From: Octopus bimaculoides
Taxonomy: Eukaryota
Assembly (NCBI RefSeq): GCF_001194135.2
Contig: NC_069006.1
Location: forward strand, 12,293,745-12,357,744
Length of the DNA stretch: 64,000 nt
Reading direction: 5' to 3'
The translations under genes were made by a program, and so were the position numbers. The notes beneath the pieces are model-generated. The model searched no databases. It was given only the letters and a program-made list of their open reading frames with translations, and was not told where the DNA came from. Below, piece by piece: positions 36,772 through 51,649 of the stretch (its first letter is position 1; each line of letters starts with the position of its first letter).

Positions 36772-39750
36772 TAACAGTGACCTTAACTTTGTGGTCGGTG
36801 ACTTCAATGGACATGTTGAGCAGCAATTGGATGGATTTCATGGTGTACATGAAGGCTATGGCTTTGATCCGAGAAATGAAGAGGGATCCAGTTTCTTAGA
36901 GTCCTGATAACCTGCACCACAAACTTCATTAAACCAGCCAGTCACCTGATCATCTATCAATATGGTGGGGACACAATTCTGATTGACTATATTCTCTTTA
37001 GAAAATGGAACAGATGCTTGTGAATGTAAAATCCTTCTCAACCAAGGAATGTGCAACTCAACATGGGTTAATAGCAACTTCAGACTTAGAGCTAAAAATA
37101 ACTGAGGCCCAAACCAGTCTAGAAATGGAAGTTATGGGAGCTTTAAGATTGAGTGAACTATAAGAAATTTAAAGAAGTAGGAGGAAAATGGACTAATAGA
37201 AAAGAGAAATGGAAGTTCCTTTAGGGCAACCTATTGAGAGCAAAGGACCAAATCTGGCTTGTGCAATGTTCTAGCCAGAGCAAGGTTTATGTTGCAGTGG
37301 AACAGTGTAGCTGACAGAGCCATAAAAGGGAAGAATGGGGGTAACAAAGAAATATACCAGGTGGCTAGAAGAGAAGCTAGGTGACAGGTCTATCTAGCAA
37401 GAGGAAAAGCAGAAAGGAAGAGGTTTGTCAATGTTTTGAGGTACAAGGTGTTCCAGATTGTAAGATAGTGTATTAGAGAAAATCATCATGTAGGAGAGAA
37501 ATGTATGAATGGACAATAGTACACTTGCACTTAGTGATTCTGAAAATGAAGAGGCATCAAAGTGGCACTATGAAAGGCTGCAAAATGTGGAGAAAGCATG
37601 GAAAAAGGAAAGTCATCCCAATGAGAATCCAAATTCACAGCAGTATGATAGATAAAGCAATCGGGGATATGAAGGTGGAAATCCCCAGGACCATCAGGAA
37701 TTACCGTTGAGATGCTCAAAATATCTGGAAGTGGGATACAGCCTAATCACTGGTATGGCTAATCAGGTTGTCCAGGAAGGTTTCATACCCAACAACTGGT
37801 GCAGCAGCATTAAAGGCTGCTGCTTCAAAGGTAAAGGTGATGCCTTAGAAATAATTACAGAGGTATCAAATTGCTGGACCAGGTCATGAAAGTTACAGGA
37901 AGGATCATAGCTCAAAAAAATAGGAAAAGTTAACCTAAATGAGATGCAGATTGGTTTTGTACCAGAGAGAAGTACTACTAATTCTATCTTGGTAAGGCAA
38001 CCTCAGAAGAAGCAATTAACCAAAAATAAACCATTGTACTTGGCATTTGTTGATACAGAGAAAGCCTTTGAAAGGGTCCTTCATTCTTATCTGGTGATTG
38101 CTAAGAATAGATGAATATCTAGTGAGAGCTGTCCAAGCCAGGTACAGGCATGCTGTCAGATAAAATGGAAGTCAGGTATGAGTGTGGCAGTGAATTTAGT
38201 GTGCAGGTAGGAGTTCACCAGAGCTTGGTTCTCAGCTCCTTCTTATCATAGTTTTCCTTGACAGAATTTTAAGACTGATTACCCATGAGAGCTCCTCTAT
38301 GCTAATGACTTTGTTCCTATAGCTGAATCTGTAGTAGAATTAGAGAAGAAATTTCAGATGTGGAAGAAAAACCTTAGAATCCAAAGGCCTTAAAGTTAAC
38401 TTAGAAAACATCAAAGTCCTAGTAAACAGGAAAACAAATTCCTAATCCCTTCAGGGAATGACCCTGCTCAATAAGTAGAAAAGGTGTGCTTAGAAATTCC
38501 ATAGTGTACTCAATGCAGGCTATAGGCACTTGAAAGGTGCAGTCGAATAACAGGAAGGTCAACAGGGAAAATGGTGTGTCTGTGGCAGATGTGCAGGAAC
38601 AATAAACACTAAGAACACACACGAAATAAATTTCCTTAAATAACCAGGAAGATCCTTAGATATGGTAGATAGTTTTTTACTAGGTGACTTAATTAGCATT
38701 GGAGAAAAATGTTCTGAAAGTATCAATGCCAGGATAAGAACTAGCTAGAGAAAGTTCAGAGAGCTTCACCTCAGAGTGAAAGGCAGATTGTATGATGTTT
38801 ATGTATGAACAGCTGTGCTACATGGTAGTGAAACATGGGCTGCGAAAGCAAAGGCTTGAAAAAAATGAAGCCAGCATGCTCTGATGGCTGATCAAAATAC
38901 AACAAAGTGCAAATGTGATGGGAGAAAAATTGGGTATAAGAAGCATCAGATGTAATGTACAAGAGAGATGACAGCATTTGTATTGTCATGTAATGTGTAT
39001 GGATGAGAACAGCTGCATAAAGTGGTGCCAATTACTAAATGTGGATGGAACCTGTGGAAGAGGAAGATATGAAACAAAGCAGTGAAAAATTACCTCCAAA
39101 TGTTGAACCACATAGAGGAGGTGACAAAGAACCAAGATGATTGACAATTTGCTGTACTTAAGAAGACCTATCCATCTAAGTAAAATTGATGCACAAACAG
39201 CATGTTTATGTCTGTCCCTGCTCACAACCAGTCTTTGACAAATCTCTCCTTTTGCACTTTCATGAACTTACCTGCACACAATATGTCCCTGATAAATCTC
39301 CCCCCCCCCCACACACACCTGTTTTTACTCACTACACATACACCCTTTTTACATTCTTGTGTACTTACATGCCCACTTACCCAATCCCTCTTATATACAT
39401 CCTATCTGCACCTTTTCCTTTTCCATCTGGGGTAACCAGGTCTCACTGAAGCAAGACATCTGTTTCTGCCTCTCTATGTGATTCTAATCTCATCACTTGG
39501 CTTAAAGCCACCTCCCCCAATACTACTCTTCCATCTAATGAGAAGTCATGCCTTGCAAGTTACTTGGTGATTGAGCTGGTGCCATGTAAAAAGCACCCAG
39601 TACATTTTGTAAAGTGATTAGCAATAGGAAGGGCATCCAGGTTAAAAACAATGCCAAAATAAACAGTAGATCTCGGCACAGTCTTCTAGCTCCTGTCAAA
39701 CAATCCAACCCATGCTAGCATGGAAAATGGATGCTAAATTAAGATAATGA
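36772..39750 (+). mobile_element. RTE-clade LINE, older decayed copy with interrupted 3' UTR
   Basis: APE motif VVGDFNGHV...GYGF..RNEEG; degenerate RT (gtaggagttcaccag..., ctctatgctaatgac); RTE tail resumes at ~39555-39750. Confidence 0.85.
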
Positions 39751-40807
39751 TATATACATATGTGTGTTTATATTTGGGTTCTATGACAGCTGTGAGCAGT
39801 ATTGTCATCAGTTCTTTGGTCAACAGGTTAGCCATTTGCTTGAGGACTTTGAAGGTATGTGAATTAAGAAATCCTTTACTTGAAAAACTGGTACAAGTTA
39901 GCACATCTGGCTGTAAAACAATGTTTCAGTAATACATTCATCTAATCCATGCTAGCATAGATGAAAAAAATGGACATAAAATGAAAGCTTACTTCCCAAC
40001 TATGTGATCTTGGATTCAGTCCCACTGTGCAATACTTTGTGTGTCTTCTACTATAGCCCCAGGCTGAACAAAACTTGTTATTTGTGTATGCATATATGAG
40101 AGTGTGTATGTTTGCATGTACCCTTGTCTTGATATTGTGATGGTTGTAAACAAGTATCACCATCATATAAACAATGTTGTTCATTTCTAGTCTTCCATGA
40201 ATATGTCAGGCCATGGGGAAATACCTTGCTTGAAAATGAGGAAGGGCATCAAGCTGTAGAAAATCTGCCCCAAGTTCTGTCTGACTCATAGAAAAGTGGA
40301 CATGGAATGATAATACATACATGTAAATTTTATATCCGTCCTTACCATACTAACATATTTTGGACAAGAAATTCCTTTCCTGGTAAAAAAACTTTATACC
40401 TTTGTATATATTATGGCATATAATGTACATCCTATACAAATGTCACTGGTGCTGAAACAGTATCAATGTGAGAACACATGAATACAAATATATACATACA
40501 GATATACACATACAGTGAGTGAATCTGATAAACTATCTGGAAAATCATTGTGTGTATATATATTTATATTATATTTTGTACACGCTTTATTCTGAGGCTT
40601 AAGTATGTTAAGTTCTAACTGGTTAGCAATGTCATTATATGTATATTTGTATATGTCTCACCACTGCTTGACAACCAGTGTAGGTTTGTTTACATCTCTA
40701 ACTCAATTGTTTGGCAAAAAAACAAAAAGCAGAGACAGACATTGTTTAACTAAACTTTTTAAAGTGGTGCCCCGGTATGGCCACTGCAATTATTCAAACA
40801 CATAAAA

Positions 40808-40847
<40 letters not shown>

Positions 40848-42410
40848 TCTCTATAAATGTATGTATATATGTGTGTGCATGCATCTATATGATTATATGT
40901 ACAATCACGAAATATATTAGATCGCTAATCTTAGATAATGGAGAAAATTACAAGTCTTTTGTGGTTGGTGACAGATGGTAGGGTTGTCTTTATATTTTTC
41001 TCAAAATTCTATGAAATTCTGTTCTTCCTCAAGTAATGCAGTTATGAAGAAACAAGAACATTTAATGGTGATAATTTCAATTGAATTGAGGAAAATTGTT
41101 CTACAGTGTCTCTTGTGATTTTATTGTGTTTGAGACTTATTTTGGCTGAAAGCCAACAATGGAACTGATGTGAGAGAGAGAGAGAGCATATCAAAACATG
41201 GTGAAGAGATGAATGTCTCAAATAGAGTAGAAGGAAACGTGATGTTCAGTTTGTTTTTCAAAACCAATTCCACTGACTAGCTTAACAGTTTTCTATGTTC
41301 ATTCTTTCTGTCTGAGTGTGATTATGTCAACATATGGTGAAAAGAGGAATGTCTCAGAAAGAAACTATTGGTGGAGAAAAACAATGTTTATATTTGATGG
41401 TATATAAGACAGATTTTTTTCCCCCATAAAAAAATGTTTCAAAACATTTCCCCAGGTCCTATATTCGAAGTTGGGACTATATTATATGCTTTAATGCCCT
41501 AAAATCTTTTTCTGAATTATGCTGCTGAAATTGGGGTACATCTAATATTCCACCAAATATAGTAGTTTGTTTTCCCTGACTAGTTCTTGTCAATACATAT
41601 AGTGACTAGCTTACTAGTTCTCTACATCCTTTCTCGGGTTTGTTTGTGTGTGTGTTTATCAACACTGCCCCTTTCTATTCCACATAACCAGATGCCTGAG
41701 TCAAACAATCTTATCTTCCACACCTACTGACTGAGTATATTAAACCAATGAGAGAGTCTACTTAGTTGCTTGACCTAGTAATAGTGTGTTTTGAGAAAAT
41801 TTTAACTGCTATCATTTTGAAAAAAGACATATTAGTAACAAAGTCTTAAGACACATAATGTCTGAATAAAAGATTGGATTATCACAGCTAGAACACATTT
41901 GAAGATAGGACTGGCCTAGAGTTATACAACAACAAGGAAGAATAGATTAGATAGTGTAGTCCAAGATACACAATGCCTAAATGAAAGATGGAACTCTTGA
42001 CAACTGGACTATTGGATCAGGATTGGCCTGGGGCTAAATAACAAAATAATTTAATCCTATGGACAGGGAATTAAATCCTAAGAAATCTCTTGTTTAATAC
42101 ACATTTGAGAGGAAGAGCAGGTTGCTAAATTAACTCTTGATATCAAAACATCTAAGAATGCCTTTGGTTCCACAAACTTCAAATTTTCATATTAATTTGT
42201 TCCTGACACTAGATTAATAATGACATATTTTACTAAATTCTTCATTATTTTCAAAATAATTGAAACAAAGTCAGTGTGTTTCAACATAAATATGGTAATA
42301 AAAAGCTTAAAGTGGTCTAAATTAAAACCTTCCATCAAAATTATATGTTAATTTAAGTACCAAACATCAGCATAATAATGACAGGTATTTTACTAAATTC
42401 TTCATTATTA

Positions 42411-42763
42411 GAGGTACAGGTGTGGTGAAGAAGTTTGCTTCCCACCTATGTAGTATTGGATTCAGTCCCACTGTGTGGCATCTTGGGCAAGTGTCTTCTA
42501 CTATAGCTCAAGGCTGTCCAATGCTTTGTGAGTGGATTTGACAGGCAGAAACTGAAAGAAGCCTATCATAAATATGTGTGTGTGTGTTTATCCACTTCCA
42601 CTCCTTAACACCTAGTGTTTTGCTTACATCCCCATAACTTAGTGGTTCAGCAAAAGACCAATAGAATAAGTACCTAACTTAAAATTAAGTACATTTGTTT
42701 GACTAAACCATTCAAGGCTGTGCCCTAGTATAGCCAAAGTCCAACAACTAACAAAGATAAAAG
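42411..42763 (+). mobile_element. SINE family A inserted into a piggyBac-like MITE arm
   Basis: MITE arm sequence (...tactaaattcttcattatt) stops at 42410 and resumes after 42763 (aattaattgaaa...gtatttcag). Confidence 0.7.
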
Positions 42764-45644
42764 ATTGTCGAAATTAATTGAAATGAAGGTAGAGTATTTC
42801 AGTGGAAATATGGTAAGAAAATGATCGAAGATGTTTTAATTCATATTGGACAAACAGAGAAATTAGGGAGGACATAAGAAAACAAATGCAACTTTACGTG
42901 GCAACAACAGAGGATCCAACTATGACTGAGTAACAGGCATGGAAGAAGATAGGACAATACAAAAATAAAACCAGAGATTGAGGGAATTTGCATAAGATTT
43001 TATAAAATTGCGTATTGTAGAAAATAGTGAAGTTTAACATTCAAGTTGAGTGTTACTTCAAAGACCAAACAACCTAGCTCATGTCAGTAATAATGTTATT
43101 ACATGTCTTAGTAAAAAATAACTATGACTTCTATTTGGCAGTAATTATATGACTGTTATAGATGGATGTATCTTAGTAAAGAATAGCAACCTAGTTTACA
43201 TTAGCAATAATACTAGATGCAGGTATAGTGGTGTGGTTACAAAGTTTGCTTCCCAACCACATGGTTTTAGGTTCAGTCTCACTATATGGTACCTTAGGCA
43301 AGTGTTTTCTACTAAAATCCTAGGCCAACCAAAGCCTTGTGAGCAAATTGAAACTGAAAAATGCCCAGTGTATTTTTTTAATTATTTTTAATTACCACAC
43401 TCGAGGGCTGATAAGTGCCATGCATGGAATATATACATTCATGTATTGAGTTTTATTTATATTATTTGTTCTACCAAACCTGTATATACATATATGTGTG
43501 TTTACAGTTGAAGTCTATGAAAATTACAAGCATTGTTGTTGCTTTTGTCAACAAATCATCCATTTGCTTCACAACTTTGTATGAAATATGAGATCCCCTT
43601 ACTTGAAAAACAGATAAGGGTAAGTTATAACTGGATGAGCGGATGATCATCCAGCTACAAAACAATACCTTGATAAATTATTCATCGAACACCCCAAGCA
43701 TAGAAAAACAAACACTAAAACAAAACAAATGAAAATATGGCTGATAAAGATTATCGTCTTACTAATAAAAGTGCTTACACTGACAAAATAATGAAGGGAC
43801 TGTTATAGTAGGACCATCTACCACTCTCCTTTCATACTCACATGAACTTTCTTACCCATTCATACCACTTCTTTTACATTCACTTTCCTGTAACCTGAGA
43901 GTATGTCCTGACACCTCTTCACTATCCACTTTCTTTCCCATTTGGAGTAACCATATATCTCCCTACAGCAAGATACCTGTTCCTGTCCTTTTAGTCTCGA
44001 ATCATCTGGTATAAATCGACTTCCTTCAATACTACACCCCCACCTCATTCAAGGGGTTATCTTGCACGTTACCTAGTAATGTCACATGAGCCAGTGCGAC
44101 ATAAATAGCACCCACTACATTCTGTAAAGTGGTTGACATTAGGAAGGGCAACAGCTATAGAAACCTTGCCAGCATGGAAAATAGGCACTAAATGATGATA
44201 ATGAAATGTCTGTTACAGGATTATTTGTTACCATTTAGTCAGGAGGTAGTGAAGAAGGCATTCTCAAACCAGAGATCTGGACCAAATGCTTATAACCAGA
44301 GTCTACTGAAGGCACCAAAGGACAAGGTGGCATGGGGGGAAGCAGGCAATGGATTATGTTTCTCACTATGGTAGGATTGGAACTCAGAATGCAGAGCTGG
44401 AACTAATACCACAATGCATCTTTGTACAATGTGTATTGCCAGCCCATAACTTTTGATGTTTATTGTACCCAGATGGATGAAAGGGAAAATTAACCTTGGG
44501 CAAGATTTAAACTCAGCATGAAGGCTGGAATGAACACTGAAAGGGATTTTGTCTGAAGCTCTAATGACTTGGCCAATTCGCTGCAGAGAGAGACATCCTA
44601 GCAATGAATAATAATATAGTTTACACTGACAGGGATTATATACGACTGTTATAGAGAGACATATCTTAGTTAAGAATAACAATTTAGCTTAGTAGTTACC
44701 TTAGCAATGAATAACAAAGCAGCTTATACTGACTAATTATACAACTGATGGAGAGACATGTCTTAGCAATGACTTTCAATCAAGTTAAATTGACAGTAAT
44801 GTTAAGACTTGTAGAAATACATATCTTAAGCACTGACTAACAATCCAATTCATACAAGAAATAAGAATATAACTGTTAGAAACACATCTTAGTTGCAAAC
44901 TTGAAAATTATTATAAAATGTGAGGAAAATTAAGTGTTTACCTGAAAATCCAGTCAAAAAGAGTTTCCTGCGAGTTGTTTCTTTTTAAAATTAAATTTGT
45001 GTTATCAGCCTGTTTAACACATGCATTAAATATTTCTTGTTGAAGTAACAGCTACAATCATGAATACATTTCGTGTATATGGTATAGTTTACGTGTCACT
45101 GTAATAACTGTATGATAAGTTATAAATCTCTCTCTCTCTTAGTTTTTCAAACTAAACAACTAAAGACATATATGATGGGTAAATGTCATAGAAAGAAATT
45201 AGATCACGATAATAAAAGAAAAAATAAAACTAAATAAATACTAATCTTCCTAAAATAAGTTGGTAACATGAAGCACCATCTACGAAGGTTAGAAATCCTT
45301 ACCATGTTATCAGCTAGGATGTAATTATCTCAATTATATACACTAGCATATCTTGTCTTTGCAATACACTTTCAAATGACACATTTTTTTTTTTTTAGAA
45401 AATATCAAATCCATTTGAAATTGCTTCTCATTGGTGATAGTGACATGTTAACACTAGTAAAATCACATGCTACAGCAGATGAAAACTAAAACCTCAAGCA
45501 GATTATTTATAAAATAGAATACATATATATAAATAAAATATATTTTGGTCATGTTAGCCTCTTGCTACTCTCAGTTTATAAATATTTATCTCTACAGTAC
45601 TAAGTAGTCTTTAACCTGATAGTCAACACTGTATGTGCGTGTGC

Positions 45645-45699
<55 letters not shown>

Positions 45700-45932
45700 T
45701 ATATNNNNNNNNNNTTACTAATGATGTGATTCCTGGAATTTATCATTTTAATGATTACTTTTTTTTCCCTGCTTGCATAAGTCAGACAGAATTTGTTGAG
45801 GCAGATTTTCATTGACTAGGTACCTTTCTTGTCACCTGTTTCCAAGTAAGTTAATATTTCCCCATGGCTGGATATGTTTTCAAACACTCGAAATGAATGA
45901 CATTGTATGGTCATGGCATGCTTAAACAAGGA

Positions 45933-45973
<41 letters not shown>

Positions 45974-48917
45974 TATCAGTGGACTTCTTTCAGTTTCCAC
46001 CTAACAAATCTACTCAAGGTTTTGGTCAGCCTGTAAAAGATACTTGCCCAAGGTTCCACACACTGGGAATAGATGTGAAACAATACAGTTGCAAAGCAAA
46101 TTCCTAAACCACACAGCCTGTGCTTATATAGTAACGTGTATATTTTGTGCATGATTTTCATTTAACGTTCTGCTTAATGACACAGACTGACAGGGGTCTA
46201 TCAAAGCCAGAAGCAGAGTAACTTAAATGGATAACTCACAATAAAACTTAAATCTCACAGATATTTTAGAATCTAATGTTTTGCCAGAAAACTATAAAAA
46301 GAAAATTTTATCTTTGAAATTGACTGTACTTTAAAGTTTTCAGATCTTACATAATGATCTTTCTTAATAATATTCATGTTAATTAGCCATTAAAAGGCAA
46401 ATAGATTCATCTATTGACTATACTAGAGTCTAAAACAGGGATGATCACTTCAAAAATATACTATGAAAGTCATTTGTTATATTCAGCGATAATGTTTTCA
46501 ACTGGTTTTTGCTATAAAAATCATGAATACCCAAACACTATTTGCTTAATGTTAGCTGGATATTACCATCAGCTGGTTATTGTTATTGCAAAAAAACTTG
46601 CCCTCAAGGTACTCCCATTAAGCAACTTTATCTATCTACATATTCACACATGCATTTAGTACTGACCTTGAAAGAAAGTACTCAAATATGGCAGATATTT
46701 GTAATTTTTTTTTTTTTTTTTTTAAATCAGTCTCTTGCTACTCTGAATTTTGCCTGTAGGTGCACAAGGTCTTCAAGCAAGTACATCATATATATATCTA
46801 GCTTTACATATATATATATATATATATATACATACATATACGTACATACATACTCTTCTCTGTCTGTTGAGATGCAGAAGATATTTCTTTCAGGATTTTA
46901 AATACTAACACCTTAATTTTCAAGGCATCAAATCTTGTTTCGTTTTCTTTTATTTCTAAATATATTGAAAATATTTTTTATCATGTATCCTAGATAAGGA
47001 TATAGTACTGTCTATATTGACAAAATTATTATACAACTATCTAAAAGTTATTTCACACTTAAGACTGGATTCTTTTTTTGTTTTTTAATATATTTTCTTT
47101 AAAGTAAAGTATATCATATTTATTTATACAGAATTTCAGGCATTGTTTTCTGTCCCTGAGCAATAGCTGTAATTCCTTGCCTCAGTACAACCTGGTCGAC
47201 ATTAGATTACACCTTTACTCCATGTAGAGGTGTAATCTATTGTTACAAAATGACAAATCTAACAACAGCTGCTCCAAAAAACATGTTCAAATACCACATT
47301 GTACCTTTCTAGAACTATTGTTTCAGAGTAACTTTCCTTCTTCACCCTTGTGTCCCAACATTTTTTGCCCCATTTCCTCTCAAAAGTACTGTTTTTCCCC
47401 ATACTAACTGTCACTTCCCTGTAACTCCTAAACCTCAACAATCCCCACTAAACTGCAGGCTGGGGGAACCATATGAAAGCTATTGACAGTGATGCCTTCA
47501 CTAATGGGTAATTCCTTAATTTCTCACAAGATTAATATCAGAAATCTAGTGCTGCCCCCAAACCTCTTTTCTGAGTAGTCATGTATGGGTCATGATGGAG
47601 AGGAGGAATGGACACACAAAGTTGGAAGATTCTGGCATGGACATCTCAGTAAAGCTTTATATGTGTGTGTATGTATATATATATTATATGCAAAGGAATA
47701 ATGTATGCCTGTTTGTGTGAAGACACCCACATTATATATATATATAAAGTCAACAAGTAAAACACTTAATCCATAAAATATTGTGTCATTAGCCTTTATG
47801 CAGTTATCAAGGAACAGAATATAATGACTTAAGTTTCATGTTGATATAGTGTTGGTTGTGCTTAGTTTAAGTGCAGCTGCAATCATCAAGTTATATGCTG
47901 AAAATAGCTTCTATTAATCTGTGAGATAAAATGACAAAGCACAAGAATCAAAAGAAATAAGAAGGGTGATAACTCCTCTTAGTGAAACAATAACAAGGCA
48001 TCTTTATTAAAAGAGTATGGAGAAATCAGATAGGAGTAAACAGAAATATACATAATCTACAAATGCACATCAGTACATACACACCTGCATGCATGCCCAA
48101 GTGCACTCATATTTACACAAACCTGTACACACACACAACTAAACAGTCATACACATACAGGCACCCACTTAGAATCATATGTATCTACAACAGCATAGCT
48201 CTGAAGGGTTGCTAGCATGACTAGGTACTGTTATAGGAGTGGAAAAAGTGCAAAGAAGGGAAATAAGGTAGTGAAGGAGACAAAATTATAGAATCATGTG
48301 AGTGTGCTTAGGTTAGTCTAGCGATGGTAAAGTTTTTCAATTTCATAGAATGAACTTTGGGGACATTGGCTAAAAATCTCATTTCTGAAGTTTAGACAAT
48401 TCACTGGATTCTTAAACCTGGTAGAATGTGTATTCTTTTCATTGTGCAAAACCAGTATGATTTTGATGTATGGTTTCTATTTTTTCAAGATCCATTTGAT
48501 ATTCTGGTTTCTTTGTTTTCAAATATGGCTGGTTAGTATTGTGGAATTTCTCTTGCTGACATATCTGAAGGATGAGCTGTGATGATAAAGCCATCAAACT
48601 GTTGATGCTACATTTTTTTGTCTACTTCCCCCTTATTCTTTTCTTCTCATTGTCACACTTAAAACACTCCATATTCAAGCCATTAGCATCANNNNNNNNN
48701 NNNNNNNNNNNNNNNNNNNNNNNNNNNNNNNNNNNNNNNNNNNNNNNNNNNNNNNNNNNNNNNNNNNNNNNNNNNNNNNNNNNNNNNNNNNNNNNNNNNN
48801 NNNNNNNNNNNNNNNNNNNNNNNNNNNNNNNNNNNNNNNNNNNNNNNNNNNNNNNNNNNNNNNNNNNNNNNNNNNNNNNNNNNNNNNNNNNNNNNNNNNN
48901 NNNNNNNNNNNNNNNNN

Positions 48918-48967
<50 letters not shown>

Positions 48968-50046
48968 AAAGTCATGTTGAGCACATTCAAGTGCATTCAG
49001 ACATGAGGTGACCATAACAGAAACAGTCCCAGGAGAAAATTCTGCTCCTAGATGTGTGCAAAGACATTAGGCTATGAATGATGTCATTGGATTATAGGAC
49101 CCAAGCCTTTCTGTATTGTCTATCTCTACTTCATCTCTTTACACACTATTCATAGATACCTTCTTAACATTCTAACTTTCTAAACATATCAGTTGACCTT
49201 CTGACATAATACCTTCATTTCATATACTTTTTGCTACACTCATGTTTCATCATTGTCTCACAGATTACCAGAAGCCATTTTGAACCAATAATTTGATGAC
49301 TGCAGAGCAGCTGTTGCACTTATACCAAGTACAACCAGCATTGTCCAGGTATGAAACTTTAAGTTACATTTTGTTCCTTGTTAACTGCATAAAGATCACT
49401 AAACATACACACATGTATAATATATGCATATTCATATATATCTATATACACATGCACACAAACATCTATATGTGTATATAGATACAGTTAGATGCACATC
49501 TGTGTGTGTGTGTACATATACATATTTATACGTATGTGTATAAAAGGATAAACACATCCAAATATTGACAGTGATAGATGATAAAGGTAATGACAAAAAG
49601 CAATATGATATATAAATCAATAAATAAATATATATAAACAGCCAATGAAGAAGGAGTACAAGGAATGAAGCTGTAAGATGATGAGTAAATCTGTTACCTC
49701 TCTCATCTGAAATCCAAGCATTTTGGACTGGTAATGAGAAAGTAAAAAAAAAAAAAAAAGAAGAAAAAAAACACACTCCCGATTACAAATGTGAATGGTT
49801 AGATATGAGGTCTGTAACAACATTCTGATCAAGCAATTAGAAATTTGGTTCAATTTCTTTTAATTTATTTCCTCCATTTTATTTTCTGGCAGAGGAAAGT
49901 GGTATTTTTTTGTTTTGCTTTTTTTTTTACAGTCTGAAAATTCAAATTGATAAAAATGAAAATGTTTCCATCATTGTCTCAGTTTGTTAGAACTTCAACA
50001 GACGCATGCTGCCAAGAAGACCTGTGGAAGCTAACATTCATTTTAA

Positions 50047-50560
50047 CCCTTTTGTTGCCATATTTCTATCAAAATACACTACCTTTCTTTTGATTAATTT
50101 TGAAATTAATGAAGAATTTAATAAAATAATTTTGTCATTATTAATTTGATATTAGCAACATAAATTACATGAAGCTTTGATGAAAGGTTTAATTTAGATC
50201 CATTTAAAACAAGAAGTATCAGAGAACCAGGAGTGGTCTCAGGTGGATTGTGTTTAAATGTGAATTGTGTCCTTAACAAAACAAGCAGAACACAGCAGTT
50301 GTAGGTGACAGGAAGGAGAACCCTCACAATAACAACAGTAGTCCCTTTTCTTATAAGCCTAACAACCCAAGACACTCCTTGTTCTCTGGGATAAACTACA
50401 TGTTTTAAAGTGATCTAAATTAAAACATTCATCAAAACTTCATGTTAATTTATGTCCCAAACACCAGCTTAATAATGACGAAATTATTTTCATGAATTCT
50501 TCATAATTTCCAAAATTGATTTTAGCAAAGCAGTGTATTTCAACAGGGGTCACAAAAGGA
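50047..50560. mobile_element. piggyBac-like MITE with ~170-bp inverted arms
   Basis: TTAA|CCCTTTTTG...CAAAAGGA|TTAA. Arms 50047-50215 and ~50395-50560 are diverged inverted copies. Similar arm sequence at 42185-42410. Confidence 0.8.
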
Positions 50561-51649
50561 TTAACAATATTATCACCACCTGGTCTTTGGGTATCTTTAG
50601 CAGAATTTAAATATTCAAGCCATATACCTGGGTATTTTACTGCTTATATTTACATTAATTTGCAAATGTTCAGACTAGGTTATCAGCCAAACCAAACTTA
50701 CCAGTTTGGGAGAACCTGTACAGTTCTCAATACAGTCCTTCATAACTTCTCATCAAAGTTAGAAGAGAGAAAAATTATAGAACACACCATAAAGTATAGC
50801 AATAATTCTATTCAACCATATTTATCTCTAACTCTAATTCATGCATAAATTCTTTTCACTTCCATTTCCCATGCTAGCAATGGTTAGATAAATGTAACTC
50901 AGGTATTATTTTATAGCCAAATGCCTTTCCTGTCACTAATACTTACGTTTTTCAAGTAAGGGATTTCTTATTTTACATCTTTGAAGATACAAAGCCAGTG
51001 GATGACCCATTAAGAGGGGAAATAATAACAACATTACTGCCTATAGCCCAGTGATTTTTGGAGAAGTGCAAATATAAACAAACATAAGCACCCATATGCA
51101 AAAACATACACACACACACATATATATATATATACATAGTTCTCAACAAAAACATGTATAATCATGACAAATGTGTAGACATCCCATAATCAGCTGCCTA
51201 TGATTTCAACACTTGGATAGCATCACTCAATTTGATGGTGTCAACAGTGTCAAAAATATAAATGTTGCTTGAGAATAACAGACATGAGGCAGGAACCTGA
51301 CATTGGTTCAATATGTTCGTTGGGCTGATGCATGCTTAAGGTTCAGACATAACAAACCATCATAGAACTGCAGTTATAACCAAACAAACTGAAGAAAATA
51401 TAACAATATGGACACTTCATTAAACATACAAAACAAATACACCAAACCAAACATAAAATAAATAAAGGGAAAATACAACCAAAAGGATAACAGTCCCCTA
51501 TTAACAAAAAAAAAAAATCAAAAAATGTTACAGAACTGCAGCTATGAAACAAAATTAATTGAATAAGCCAAAACAGACATCTAAAGAACTATAAAACAAA
51601 CCAAATGTATATATGGTAAACTGTCACCATTTGATATTTTTAATTTCAC

